Below are positions 27,433 to 34,331 of a DNA stretch of 38,163 nucleotides, one piece after another. Origin of the DNA: a virus; IMG/VR virus record IMGVR_UViG_3300045988_182321, positions 1-38,163 of that record, one strand, 5' to 3'. How positions within the stretch are numbered: position 1 is the stretch's first letter; the number at the start of each line of letters is the position of its first letter. Position numbers and translations under genes: made by a program. A model generated the notes under the pieces. It did not search any database and was not told the origin of the DNA. It saw nothing but the letters and a program-made list of their open reading frames with translations.

Positions 27433-27858
27433 ATGGCAAAATATGAAGTACCGTTGGAAAATCCGACGGGCGTAATCTTGCAAACAGAAAATAAGTATTG
27501 CGACGGAATAATAGTAGTAAAGCCAAAGCTTCAAACAAAAACAGTATCGCCGTCCGAGGGTTCGGTAAGAGCCGATGACGGGTACTGCGGATTGTTAGAA
27601 GTCATAATAAGCGGCGCAACGCGTGTGGCTGTCACACAAAAGGTTGTTGAACTCTCCGGGACTTCCGGGGAGTTTTCAATATCCGATTATGCCGATATTC
27701 TTACAAATACGAACATAGCCGTTGACGGCGTTGTATTTACTTATCTTGGCGGCGACGACGAAAACAAATGCTATGCCGCATATGACGTTGCTTCGTCAAC
27801 GTTGAAAGTCGTTAAAACTACGGGCAAAGCGTGGGTTTTAACTGCATATACGGTTTAA
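27433..27858 (+). CDS. Second fibre-like protein sharing the N-terminal repeat (141 aa)
   Basis: KTVSPSEGSVRADDGYCGLLEVIISG parallels EKTVSPSVEQQQVRADPGYTALSQVTVEP of the 1048-aa protein. Confidence 0.6.
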   Translation: MAKYEVPLENPTGVILQTENKYCDGIIVVKPKLQTKTVSPSEGSVRADDGYCGLLEVIISGATRVAVTQKVVELSGTSGEFSISDYADILTNTNIAVDGVVFTYLGGDDENKCYAAYDVASSTLKVVKTTGKAWVLTAYTV

Positions 27859-27868
27859 GGAGGAAATT

Positions 27869-28324
27869 ATGGCTGAATTATGGGCATTAAATGAAAATAT
27901 AGTAATTCGTAAAGACGCTATGACGCTGAGCGGGACAAATTTTTCTTTGGCGGCAAACACAAGTGAAGTTTTTACCGAAATAAGACTTTTAAGCCATAAA
28001 CTAAAATATGTCACAAGTGGAGGTCTTGAAATTGTTGTTGCAACACGAAGCACAGAGGGCAATTATATGACTAATCCTTTTGTCTGGGCAGATGATGTTT
28101 ACCGTGTACTTCAAATTAACAGTCATACGGCGAGCAGTAACGCTTACACATGGATTCAAAACAATGGTGCAAAAGTGGATTTCGCGGCAAGCTTGATTGC
28201 TATCGATGAAACGAAATATAATGCTTTATCTGTCGGTAATCATACCGTGACAATGAAAGCAAAAGGCGCAGGATATGCGGATAGCCCGTTGTCATTAGGT
28301 GCGGTGTTTAACAAAAAGGAGTAA
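27869..28324 (+). CDS. Hypothetical tail-distal protein (151 aa)
   Basis: AAGGAGG SD. Confidence 0.6.
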   Translation: MAELWALNENIVIRKDAMTLSGTNFSLAANTSEVFTEIRLLSHKLKYVTSGGLEIVVATRSTEGNYMTNPFVWADDVYRVLQINSHTASSNAYTWIQNNGAKVDFAASLIAIDETKYNALSVGNHTVTMKAKGAGYADSPLSLGAVFNKKE

Positions 28325-28327
28325 ATT

Positions 28328-28885
28328 ATGAAAATAGCAGTAAGAGATACGCAAGCGGTCATCGTGGATAATGCACCGCTTGTTGTCGATGTAAGAGAAA
28401 AAAATTACATAGATGTTGAACTTCCGGACGATAAAGCGTACTTTTTCGGCTTTCACGGAACAGTGAGCGAACGCAGAGAGGTTACAAACGGCGAAGTCGA
28501 ACTACCGCAAACGTTTTTCACCGAACAGACGATTCAGGTCGTTGTGTATCGCGCGGACGGGAACGGTTTAACCGCAATTCCGTGCGAGCCTATCAAAACC
28601 TATCGTGTAGGCAACAAAGAAATGTTTCTTATGCGCATAGAAAACGCAATAGGACAGGGCGACGTGAGGGACAAAGCGGAATCGGCAATGGCGCAGTGCT
28701 ATGCTATGGCGGAAGCCCTGACGTCGGCGTTACAAAAGGTATCGGAACTCGAAAACGAAGTCAAGACAACAAAGAACGACCTTGCAGACTTCCACAAACT
28801 CTATGACGAGAACGTTGCAAAGATAAACGACGTCATTCAGCGTGTAGAGAACATGGAAGCCGACTACGACATTTTAACAAAATAA
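28328..28885 (+). CDS. Hypothetical protein with C-terminal coiled coil (185 aa)
   Basis: AAGGAG SD. LQKVSELENEVKTTKNDLADF heptads. Confidence 0.6.
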   Translation: MKIAVRDTQAVIVDNAPLVVDVREKNYIDVELPDDKAYFFGFHGTVSERREVTNGEVELPQTFFTEQTIQVVVYRADGNGLTAIPCEPIKTYRVGNKEMFLMRIENAIGQGDVRDKAESAMAQCYAMAEALTSALQKVSELENEVKTTKNDLADFHKLYDENVAKINDVIQRVENMEADYDILTK

Positions 28886-28900
28886 CGGAGGTATAAAACA

Positions 28901-29713
28901 ATGAAAAAATTAACCATTATATTCGCTATCCTTGTGTGCTTGTGTTTTACTGCGGGCATTTCCGTCGCATACGCGGAAAATACGCCGAATTTGCAAGTTG
29001 CAACCGAAGAAACGGGACAAACCGAGGAAACGGACGGAAAGACCGAAAACGGCTCTACGGGCGAAATTTCGGGCGAAAACGAAGATATAAACAAGGGTGA
29101 AGAAACACCCGGCGACGGTTCGGGCGAAACTCCCGGGGATAAGCCGAAAGAGGACAAGCCCGTCGATAAAGACGCACTGCTCGAAGAACTCATTAAAAAG
29201 GTTGACGAGTTGATAGCGGAAAAGAACGACGAGGGGCTTGATAAACTATGGGAAGTAATCCGACCTTTTGTTATTTATGTTTTGTCGGCATTACTCAGCG
29301 GCACTATAATTGCAGGGTTTATAAGCAGAGCGATTGCGAAAAAATATGATACGAAAGCGATTGCGAAATCTGTTGTCGAAGATATAGCGAATAAGGATAT
29401 TTCCGTTGACCTCGAAACTATGACGAGAAAGGAAATAATGGCTATCGGCACGGCACTGAAAGCGAATTTACAGGACGGGCTTGCAGGCGTTGAGAATATG
29501 CGCCGTTCGCTTGCGCTTGTGTGCGGTGCTTTGTCGAAGTCAAAAACTCTGACACAGGAAGAGCGCGAAGAACTTGCCGCAGAAGCGAAGAAACTCGATG
29601 AAACTGTGCAGGCGGAAGCAAAAGAGAAAGTCGTCGTGCGGCTTGAAAAGTCCGAGCCTGACAAAGAAACGACCGGGGAAACGGGCGGATTGTTCGACAA
29701 CCTCGGCAAGTGA
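28901..29713 (+). CDS. Type I membrane protein: signal peptide, acidic low-complexity ectodomain, one TM, helical cytoplasmic tail (270 aa)
   Basis: MKKLTIIFAILVCLCFTAGISVAYA-E signal. TM segment VIRPFVIYVLSALLSGTIIAGFI. GGAGG SD. Confidence 0.7.
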   Translation: MKKLTIIFAILVCLCFTAGISVAYAENTPNLQVATEETGQTEETDGKTENGSTGEISGENEDINKGEETPGDGSGETPGDKPKEDKPVDKDALLEELIKKVDELIAEKNDEGLDKLWEVIRPFVIYVLSALLSGTIIAGFISRAIAKKYDTKAIAKSVVEDIANKDISVDLETMTRKEIMAIGTALKANLQDGLAGVENMRRSLALVCGALSKSKTLTQEEREELAAEAKKLDETVQAEAKEKVVVRLEKSEPDKETTGETGGLFDNLGK

Positions 29714-29721
29714 GGTGAAGT

Positions 29722-30189
29722 ATGAAAGGCGCAAAATTGATATTTACGCTTTTTGAAGTGCTGTTCGTGGCGGTTGTGCCTGTCGCATTGGTTATTTATC
29801 AATACGGCTATGTGCAACCGACTTCGGCGGCGTTCAAAATATCGCTTACGGGCATAATCTTAATCGCGCTCGTGTTCTACGGCGTAAAAAAGGTTATTCT
29901 CGACCGAAAACTTCGCAATTGGGAAGCGCAATATAACAACTATGTTTCGGCTTATAAAATCGAAACGGACTTAGAGAAAAAAGAGAGGGCAAAGCAGGAA
30001 ATGCAGAAATATCAGACTTGCATAGTGCTGATTCGGGCGTTTATTCCGATGTTGATATTCTGCATGATTCAGGTTTTGGCAAAAGCGTTAGAAGCGGAAA
30101 TGATAACCTTGTCCAGCCTTGCGGGGCTGATAACGGCAAGTTTCGCCGTCGGTATCGTATTTGCGGTACTTGCGGCAAGAGAGGTATAA
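29722..30189 (+). CDS. Four-TM membrane protein, holin-like by position only (155 aa)
   Basis: GAGGTG SD. Two hydrophobic hairpins flank a charged loop. Confidence 0.65.
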   Translation: MKGAKLIFTLFEVLFVAVVPVALVIYQYGYVQPTSAAFKISLTGIILIALVFYGVKKVILDRKLRNWEAQYNNYVSAYKIETDLEKKERAKQEMQKYQTCIVLIRAFIPMLIFCMIQVLAKALEAEMITLSSLAGLITASFAVGIVFAVLAAREV

Positions 30190-31149
30190 ATGACTTATGA
30201 GCAAATAGACAAAAAACGCAAGAATATCGGAAGCGTGGTTCTGTTCGATATAATAATGGGCATAATCACGCTTGCGTCGTTCTCGGTGAGTATCATATCC
30301 GACTATGTAAAAGTCGGGTTTGATTTTTCGTTCCTGATGTCTTTCTCGTATTGGGCGGGGCTTATCGCTAACAACATTATCAACATAGCAATGTGCGTGG
30401 CGTTCCGTTCGGTAATGAGGGACAGGGAATCAAGGCTTAACGGCGAACTCGTCAAGATGAAAGGCGATATAGAATCGGCAAAAAGATACATATATCAAAA
30501 CAACCACAACAAAGAGTTGAAACAATTCGTCGATGAAAGAAACGCCGAGCGAAAATTCAAAATGTACGTTGAGCAGATAAAGCGTAAAGCGGATAAATCG
30601 AAAGCACGAAAGAACGTAGATAAATACGCTACGAAATTGCAGTACGAAAAAGAAAGCAAGAATCCGCGTCCGTGGGTTATTGCGAAGTACGAGAAGATTA
30701 TCCTTAAAAACAAGTCGGAATACAACGGTATGCTTGCTAAATTGCAGACGGCGAAAGAGGACAGTGTTTGGAAGCGCGTTAAAGGTTATCGCCCGATAAG
30801 AACAGCGATATTGTTTTCAACAGCGGAAAAGATAGCCGACAATACTGCCGACAATTACGAAGTGAACAACGCGAAAGAGTTCGCTTACTTTTTTGTCAAA
30901 AAAATCGTATTTATGCTGTTGTTTACGACGTTCCTCGGAACGCTCGTGCCACAAGGCTTTGTTTTTGACTACACGCTTTTGTGGTCAACTGCCGTAAAAG
31001 TCTTTTGGGGTTCGATGTCGTTGTACGCGGGCGGCTCTTCGGGTATAGAATATATTCGTCAGGTGCTTGTCCCGGCGGTAAACGGACGTGTAGATTTCGT
31101 TCAGCAATTCCTTGAAACACTCCCGAAAAAATCGAGCGAACAGATGTAA
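30190..31149 (+). CDS. Membrane protein with 2 N-terminal and 2 C-terminal TM segments around a long basic coiled-coil region (319 aa)
   Basis: Starts immediately after the upstream TAA. Hydrophobicity pattern read from the translation. Confidence 0.65.
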   Translation: MTYEQIDKKRKNIGSVVLFDIIMGIITLASFSVSIISDYVKVGFDFSFLMSFSYWAGLIANNIINIAMCVAFRSVMRDRESRLNGELVKMKGDIESAKRYIYQNNHNKELKQFVDERNAERKFKMYVEQIKRKADKSKARKNVDKYATKLQYEKESKNPRPWVIAKYEKIILKNKSEYNGMLAKLQTAKEDSVWKRVKGYRPIRTAILFSTAEKIADNTADNYEVNNAKEFAYFFVKKIVFMLLFTTFLGTLVPQGFVFDYTLLWSTAVKVFWGSMSLYAGGSSGIEYIRQVLVPAVNGRVDFVQQFLETLPKKSSEQM

Positions 31150-31155
31150 AAAAAG

Positions 31156-31165
31156 TTTGGGTACT
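31156..31165 (+). repeat. Arm-type site TTTGGGTACT (P arm)
   Basis: Same 10-mer as in the triple repeat at 31365-31400. Followed by GAAAAATCAG (31181-31190), which recurs at 31406-31415. Confidence 0.6.
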
Positions 31166-31232
31166 GAAATGTTATTATCGGAAAAATCAGGAGTTTTTAG
31201 TAGATTTTAAGCGTTTTTCAGTACTTTTTGTT

Positions 31233-31279
31233 CCCTCTTAATCAGGGTGTCCAGGGTTCGAGCCCCTGATCGTCCACCA
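31233..31279 (+). other. attP core: 3' portion of a tRNA gene (T-arm, 3' acceptor strand, discriminator A, CCA)
   Basis: CAGGG-TTCGAGC-CCCTG T-arm at 31252-31268, then ATCGTCC-A-CCA to 31279. There is no complementary 5' acceptor strand or D-arm upstream, so this is a fragment. Confidence 0.7.
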
Positions 31280-31280
31280 A

Positions 31281-31316
31281 AATAAGTGGTTATGTAAACG
31301 ACTACTTATTTTTTTT
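31281..31316 (+). terminator. Rho-independent terminator after the tRNA fragment / membrane operon
   Basis: AATAAGTgGT-N10-ACtACTTATT followed by tttttt. Confidence 0.7.
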
Positions 31317-31317
31317 A

Positions 31318-31349
31318 GCCTGTTTTCTTATGTAAACGGGCTATTTTTT
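31318..31349 (+). terminator. Second hairpin with T-tract
   Basis: GCCTGTTT-N8-AAACGGGC, then tatttttta. Both hairpins contain TTATGTAAACG. Confidence 0.5.
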
Positions 31350-31364
31350 ATTTTAAAGGGAAAA

Positions 31365-31400
31365 CTTTGGGTACTACTTTGGGTACTACTTTGGGTACTA
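31365..31400 (+). repeat. Three perfect tandem copies of CTTTGGGTACTA (P' arm-type integrase sites)
   Basis: Read directly. Abuts the integrase stop codon. Confidence 0.85.
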
Positions 31401-31411
31401 ATTTAGAAAAA

Positions 31412-32650
31412 TCAGCCCTCAAAGCGTTTAAGTTTTACAAAATAATCAGTAAAAGGCGATTTTTCGCGTTTCATAAAATGCGTATAAACGTCTTTTGTCA
31501 TCGATAAAGTAGCGTGACCGAGCCATTTTTTGGTTAAAAGGTCGTCAATTTGTGTTAAATGGCACATTGTGGCAAAAGTATGGCGCGTAGAATGAACGGA
31601 AACGTCGGTAAAGCCTAATTTTACAAAAGTTCTGCCGAAAGCGAGTTTAACAGCGTTGTAGGTATAATTCTCCGAAACGCAGTAGTCGAGTTCTTCTCGT
31701 AAACTCTCGTCATAATTGATAAAACGTTGTGACGTGCGGTTTTTCGTGTCGTGTTCAATAATACCGTCGCGGTTCATCATCTTATTGACCCGTATTTCGT
31801 CATCACCTATATCGTCGGGCGTGAGAGCCAAAAATTCACTTATGCGCATACCCGTACAGCAAAGGACGGTAAAGAGCCGACTATACTTTTCGGGTAAAGC
31901 CGTAAGGATAGCCGTTTGTTCTTCCGCAGTAAAAGCGCGTTTATGCTCCGACTTAACTTTCGGGCGTTTCAAGAGTTCGCAAGGGTTTTTGCGTATTTTC
32001 TCCGAAATGACCGCTTGACGAAGAGCGGAATTAATAACGTCGAATACTTTGCGCCGTGAGTTTTCGCCGTTTATAGATATAAAGAATTGTTGCAGAATAT
32101 CGGGCGTAAGTTGTTCCATAGGCGTTGCGATTGTCTTTATCTTATTAAATGCGTCCATATAACCTCTTTTCGAGTTCGAGCGTAAGTACGGTTCTTTATA
32201 TGTTTCGTACCAATAATTAACCCATTCGATAAAAGACGAGCCTTTCTTTGTGACGCGTTCCGTTTTTTCCTTTTCTTTTAAAGGGATATTCTTTAATTTT
32301 TCAATAACCTCCTTTTGAGTTTTAGCCGTTACCGTGTGGCGTTGGAATCTACCCTCCCACCACGTGTAGCGGCTATTTTTGTTTTTCCGGGAACGTTTCC
32401 GAATAGACCCCGCCCCGAAAGGCAGATAAACAGACATTTTTTCCTCCGCCTGAATATCCGATAACAACCTGAAATTAACGTCAGGATAAGGGGACGGCTT
32501 TCCGCCCTCACTTACAATACGAAAAGGCGATTTGCGCGTAATCGGTTCATTTGCGAAATCGTCGTTTCCTATTATTTTGCCGCACAATAACGAGGCTTTT
32601 TGTAAAGCCTCCGCTAAAAGGTCGAGCAATCTCCTTGTATCATCTTCCAC
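31412..32650 (-). CDS. int: Tyrosine recombinase / phage integrase (412 aa from GTG; alternative ATG at 32437 gives 341 aa)
   Basis: HSTRHTFAT (H-x-x-R) and LGHATLSMTKDVYTH (catalytic Tyr) near the C-terminus. Arm-binding-like GSIRKRS...YTWWEGRF. Adjacent to attP. Confidence 0.9.
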   Translation of the reverse strand: MEDDTRRLLDLLAEALQKASLLCGKIIGNDDFANEPITRKSPFRIVSEGGKPSPYPDVNFRLLSDIQAEEKMSVYLPFGAGSIRKRSRKNKNSRYTWWEGRFQRHTVTAKTQKEVIEKLKNIPLKEKEKTERVTKKGSSFIEWVNYWYETYKEPYLRSNSKRGYMDAFNKIKTIATPMEQLTPDILQQFFISINGENSRRKVFDVINSALRQAVISEKIRKNPCELLKRPKVKSEHKRAFTAEEQTAILTALPEKYSRLFTVLCCTGMRISEFLALTPDDIGDDEIRVNKMMNRDGIIEHDTKNRTSQRFINYDESLREELDYCVSENYTYNAVKLAFGRTFVKLGFTDVSVHSTRHTFATMCHLTQIDDLLTKKWLGHATLSMTKDVYTHFMKREKSPFTDYFVKLKRFEG

Positions 32651-32674
32651 TCCATATACTCCTCCAAAAAATAT

Positions 32675-33025
32675 TTAACCTACATTGCTTTGGGAATTTT
32701 TGAGAAACGCTTCGGCATAGCCGAGAACTTTTCCTTGCTGTACTGCTGTCAGTTGCCTGAACAGAGCGAGCATTTCTATCTCTTGCGATGTTAAGTTACT
32801 TGATTGTGTACGAGTCGCTTTCGGAGCAGGCTCCGTGTAAAAATAATTCTCGGGCAAATCAAACGCTTCGGAAATTCTTGCAAGCGTGCGCCGAGAGGGG
32901 GCGGCTTTCCCTGTTTTCCAACTTTGTATAGAACCATTGGAAATTCCCACTTTAATCTCAAAGTTTCGAGCGTTAAGCCCTTTTTTCTCCATTAACTCAT
33001 AAATTTTATTCAAAATAATATCCAT
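32675..33025 (-). CDS. CI-like repressor, XRE-family HTH, no S24 peptidase domain (116 aa)
   Basis: KKGLNARNFEIKVGISNGSIQSWKTGKAAPS HTH. Divergent from the Cro-like gene and upstream of int. Confidence 0.8.
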   Translation of the reverse strand: MDIILNKIYELMEKKGLNARNFEIKVGISNGSIQSWKTGKAAPSRRTLARISEAFDLPENYFYTEPAPKATRTQSSNLTSQEIEMLALFRQLTAVQQGKVLGYAEAFLKNSQSNVG

Positions 33026-33038
33026 AATTTTTCTCCAT

Positions 33039-33102
33039 AGAAAAAATTCTTAAAAAAGTTCGGAAAAATTCCTAAAATCGCTTGACATTTAGGAAATTTT
33101 CC
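33039..33102. promoter_or_regulatory. Three operator-like palindromes (AGAAAAAATTCT, GGAAAAATTCC, GGAAATTTTCC)
   Basis: Located at 33039-33050, 33062-33072 and 33092-33102. The third lies in the spacer of the rightward promoter. Confidence 0.55.
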
Positions 33103-33110
33103 TATATAAT
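33082..33110 (+). promoter_or_regulatory. Rightward consensus promoter TTGACA-17-TATAAT (PR-like)
   Basis: ttgaca tttaggaaattttccta tataat. About 390 nt upstream of the cro-like ATG. Confidence 0.75.
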
Positions 33111-33213
33111 ATAAGTGTAAACAAGGTAAAGCAACTGCGTTACGGTCAAATTTGAAATAAAACACCTATATCGTATGGCTCCGACATAAGTGTTTACCCA
33201 AATTTGTTTACCC

Positions 33214-33228
33214 TGACAATTGCACTGT
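33214..33228. repeat. Left copy of 15-bp inverted repeat (TGACAATTGCACTGT)
   Basis: Reverse complement of 33446-33460 matches at 14 of 15 positions. The mismatch would be a G-U pair in RNA. Confidence 0.9.
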
Positions 33229-33431
33229 GTTCGGCTCTCCACCTATTAACAGACAAGTAACCATCCTTGCTTCTATTGTTGCGATATTACTTTTGCGGTT
33301 TTGGTTCCGCTGAGCGCATTAAGCCAATAAGAACCGTGAGCAATCATTCCGACGGGTCACGGATACAGGGAGCAGCGCGCTTATCAAGGCTTTCATAAAA
33401 GAAGTCCTCCAAGCGCAAGTTGCGCAAATTT

Positions 33432-33461
33432 ATTATATCGCAAAAACAGTGCAGTTGTCAA
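33432..33461 (-). promoter_or_regulatory. Leftward consensus promoter TTGACA-18-TATAAT facing the PR-like promoter
   Basis: Minus strand reads ttgaca actgcactgtttttgcga tataat. The -35 lies inside the right copy of the inverted repeat. Confidence 0.7.
33446..33460. repeat. Right copy of 15-bp inverted repeat (ACAGTGCAGTTGTCA)
   Basis: See 33214-33228. The copies are separated by 217 bp. Confidence 0.9.
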
Positions 33462-33509
33462 CTAATTTAACACATTGTTAACAAGATTTACAAAAAGGAG
33501 GTGGTAAAA

Positions 33510-33701
33510 ATGGACGCAAAGAGATTGGAAAAGTTAAGAGTTAAGAAAGGACTGTCGCAAGTAGAGTTTGCGGAACGAATCGGAGTAAGCCGTCAAGCCG
33601 TATGGAAAATGGAAAGCGGCTTTATGAATCCGTCGGTCGAAACGCTTAAACTCATAGCGAAACTTTTCAACGTCACGACCGATTATTTGCTCGGAATGTA
33701 A
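33510..33701 (+). CDS. Cro-like XRE-family HTH protein (63 aa)
   Basis: AAGGAGG SD at 33494-33500, ATG 33510. KKGLSQVEFAERIGVSRQAVWKMESG HTH. Confidence 0.8.
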   Translation: MDAKRLEKLRVKKGLSQVEFAERIGVSRQAVWKMESGFMNPSVETLKLIAKLFNVTTDYLLGM

Positions 33702-33732
33702 AACTTCAAAAAAGTCAATGGAGGATAGAATA

Positions 33733-33921
33733 ATGACTAACGAAGAATTTATCAAAAACTTAAAAACGGAAGAATTGGCGCGTGTGCTTAAATACGCAAC
33801 CGATTGTCGGCATTGTCCGATTCGCTCTTTCTGCAACAAAACCGATTGTGAAGATTGCGAAGAAACGTGGTTTCGTTGGCTGAAAGCAAAAAAGACGGCG
33901 GAGGACTTGAACAATGATTGA
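33733..33921 (+). CDS. Small Cys-rich protein (62 aa)
   Basis: GGAGGA SD then ATG 33733. CRHC...C...CEDC pattern. Confidence 0.6.
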   Translation: MTNEEFIKNLKTEELARVLKYATDCRHCPIRSFCNKTDCEDCEETWFRWLKAKKTAEDLNND

Positions 33922-34162
33922 CGTAAGCGATATATGCAGAATGACGCTCGAAGCGGAAGATATGCGCTCGAAACTCGATTGTTGGAAAAAGACCTGCAAA
34001 GAAAAAAGACTTGCTTTGGAGCAAAACGGAGCGTGGGACGGAAAAGCGTGGGAAACGGCGTACGACATCGGAAAAGCCGTTGAAAAGGTAGACTTCATTA
34101 TGACCGACTTGCTCGGAGAAATGGATAAACTCGTAGAACAAATAAAAAAGGAGAGTAAATAA
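33914..34162 (+). CDS. Hypothetical protein (82 aa)
   Basis: GGAGGA SD. Overlaps the upstream stop. Confidence 0.6.
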   Translation: MIDVSDICRMTLEAEDMRSKLDCWKKTCKEKRLALEQNGAWDGKAWETAYDIGKAVEKVDFIMTDLLGEMDKLVEQIKKESK

Positions 34163-34163
34163 A

Positions 34164-34331
34164 ATGTACATGGTAGTAATAAGACATGGGAAAGCATGCA
34201 ACGCTTACATAAAATTCGACGAAAAAACGGCGTTGGCTAAAATGAGGGAAATCGCCCTGACGAGGAACTTCGACAAAATCGTGTGTGTAAAAATGGAGGG
34301 GAGCAACATATGCGTAAACTCTTTGAGATAA
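34164..34331 (+). CDS. Hypothetical small protein (55 aa; below the track cutoff)
   Basis: AAGGAGAG SD 8 nt upstream. Translated by hand as MYMVVIRHGKACNAYIKFDEK... Confidence 0.4.
   Translation: MYMVVIRHGKACNAYIKFDEKTALAKMREIALTRNFDKIVCVKMEGSNICVNSLR

Noticed and set aside
24274-27858. Diversity-generating retroelement acting on the fibre
   Set aside because: No reverse transcriptase ORF exists anywhere in the genome, and I saw no near-identical template/variable DNA repeat pair.
29275-29817. 180-aa minus-strand ORF antisense to the first membrane-protein gene
   Set aside because: It is a low-complexity Ser-rich shadow frame of the acidic/Glu-rich forward gene, with no start context.
31233-31279. 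Complete tRNA gene
   Set aside because: Only the T-arm, 3' acceptor strand and CCA are present. No matching 5' acceptor strand or D-arm lies upstream, and the putative anticodon stem is defective. It is treated as an attP tRNA fragment.
33412-33434. GCGCA-agt-TGCGC hairpin as an intrinsic terminator of the rightward leader
   Set aside because: The stem has only 5 bp and the downstream tract (aaatttatt) is not a clean U-run. It may contribute to RNA structure but cannot be called a terminator from sequence alone.
33534-34201. Three overlapping minus-strand ORFs (126-145 aa) opposite the early operon
   Set aside because: They have no SD sequences and odd composition, and each is fully antisense to SD-preceded forward genes with recognisable HTH/Cys motifs.
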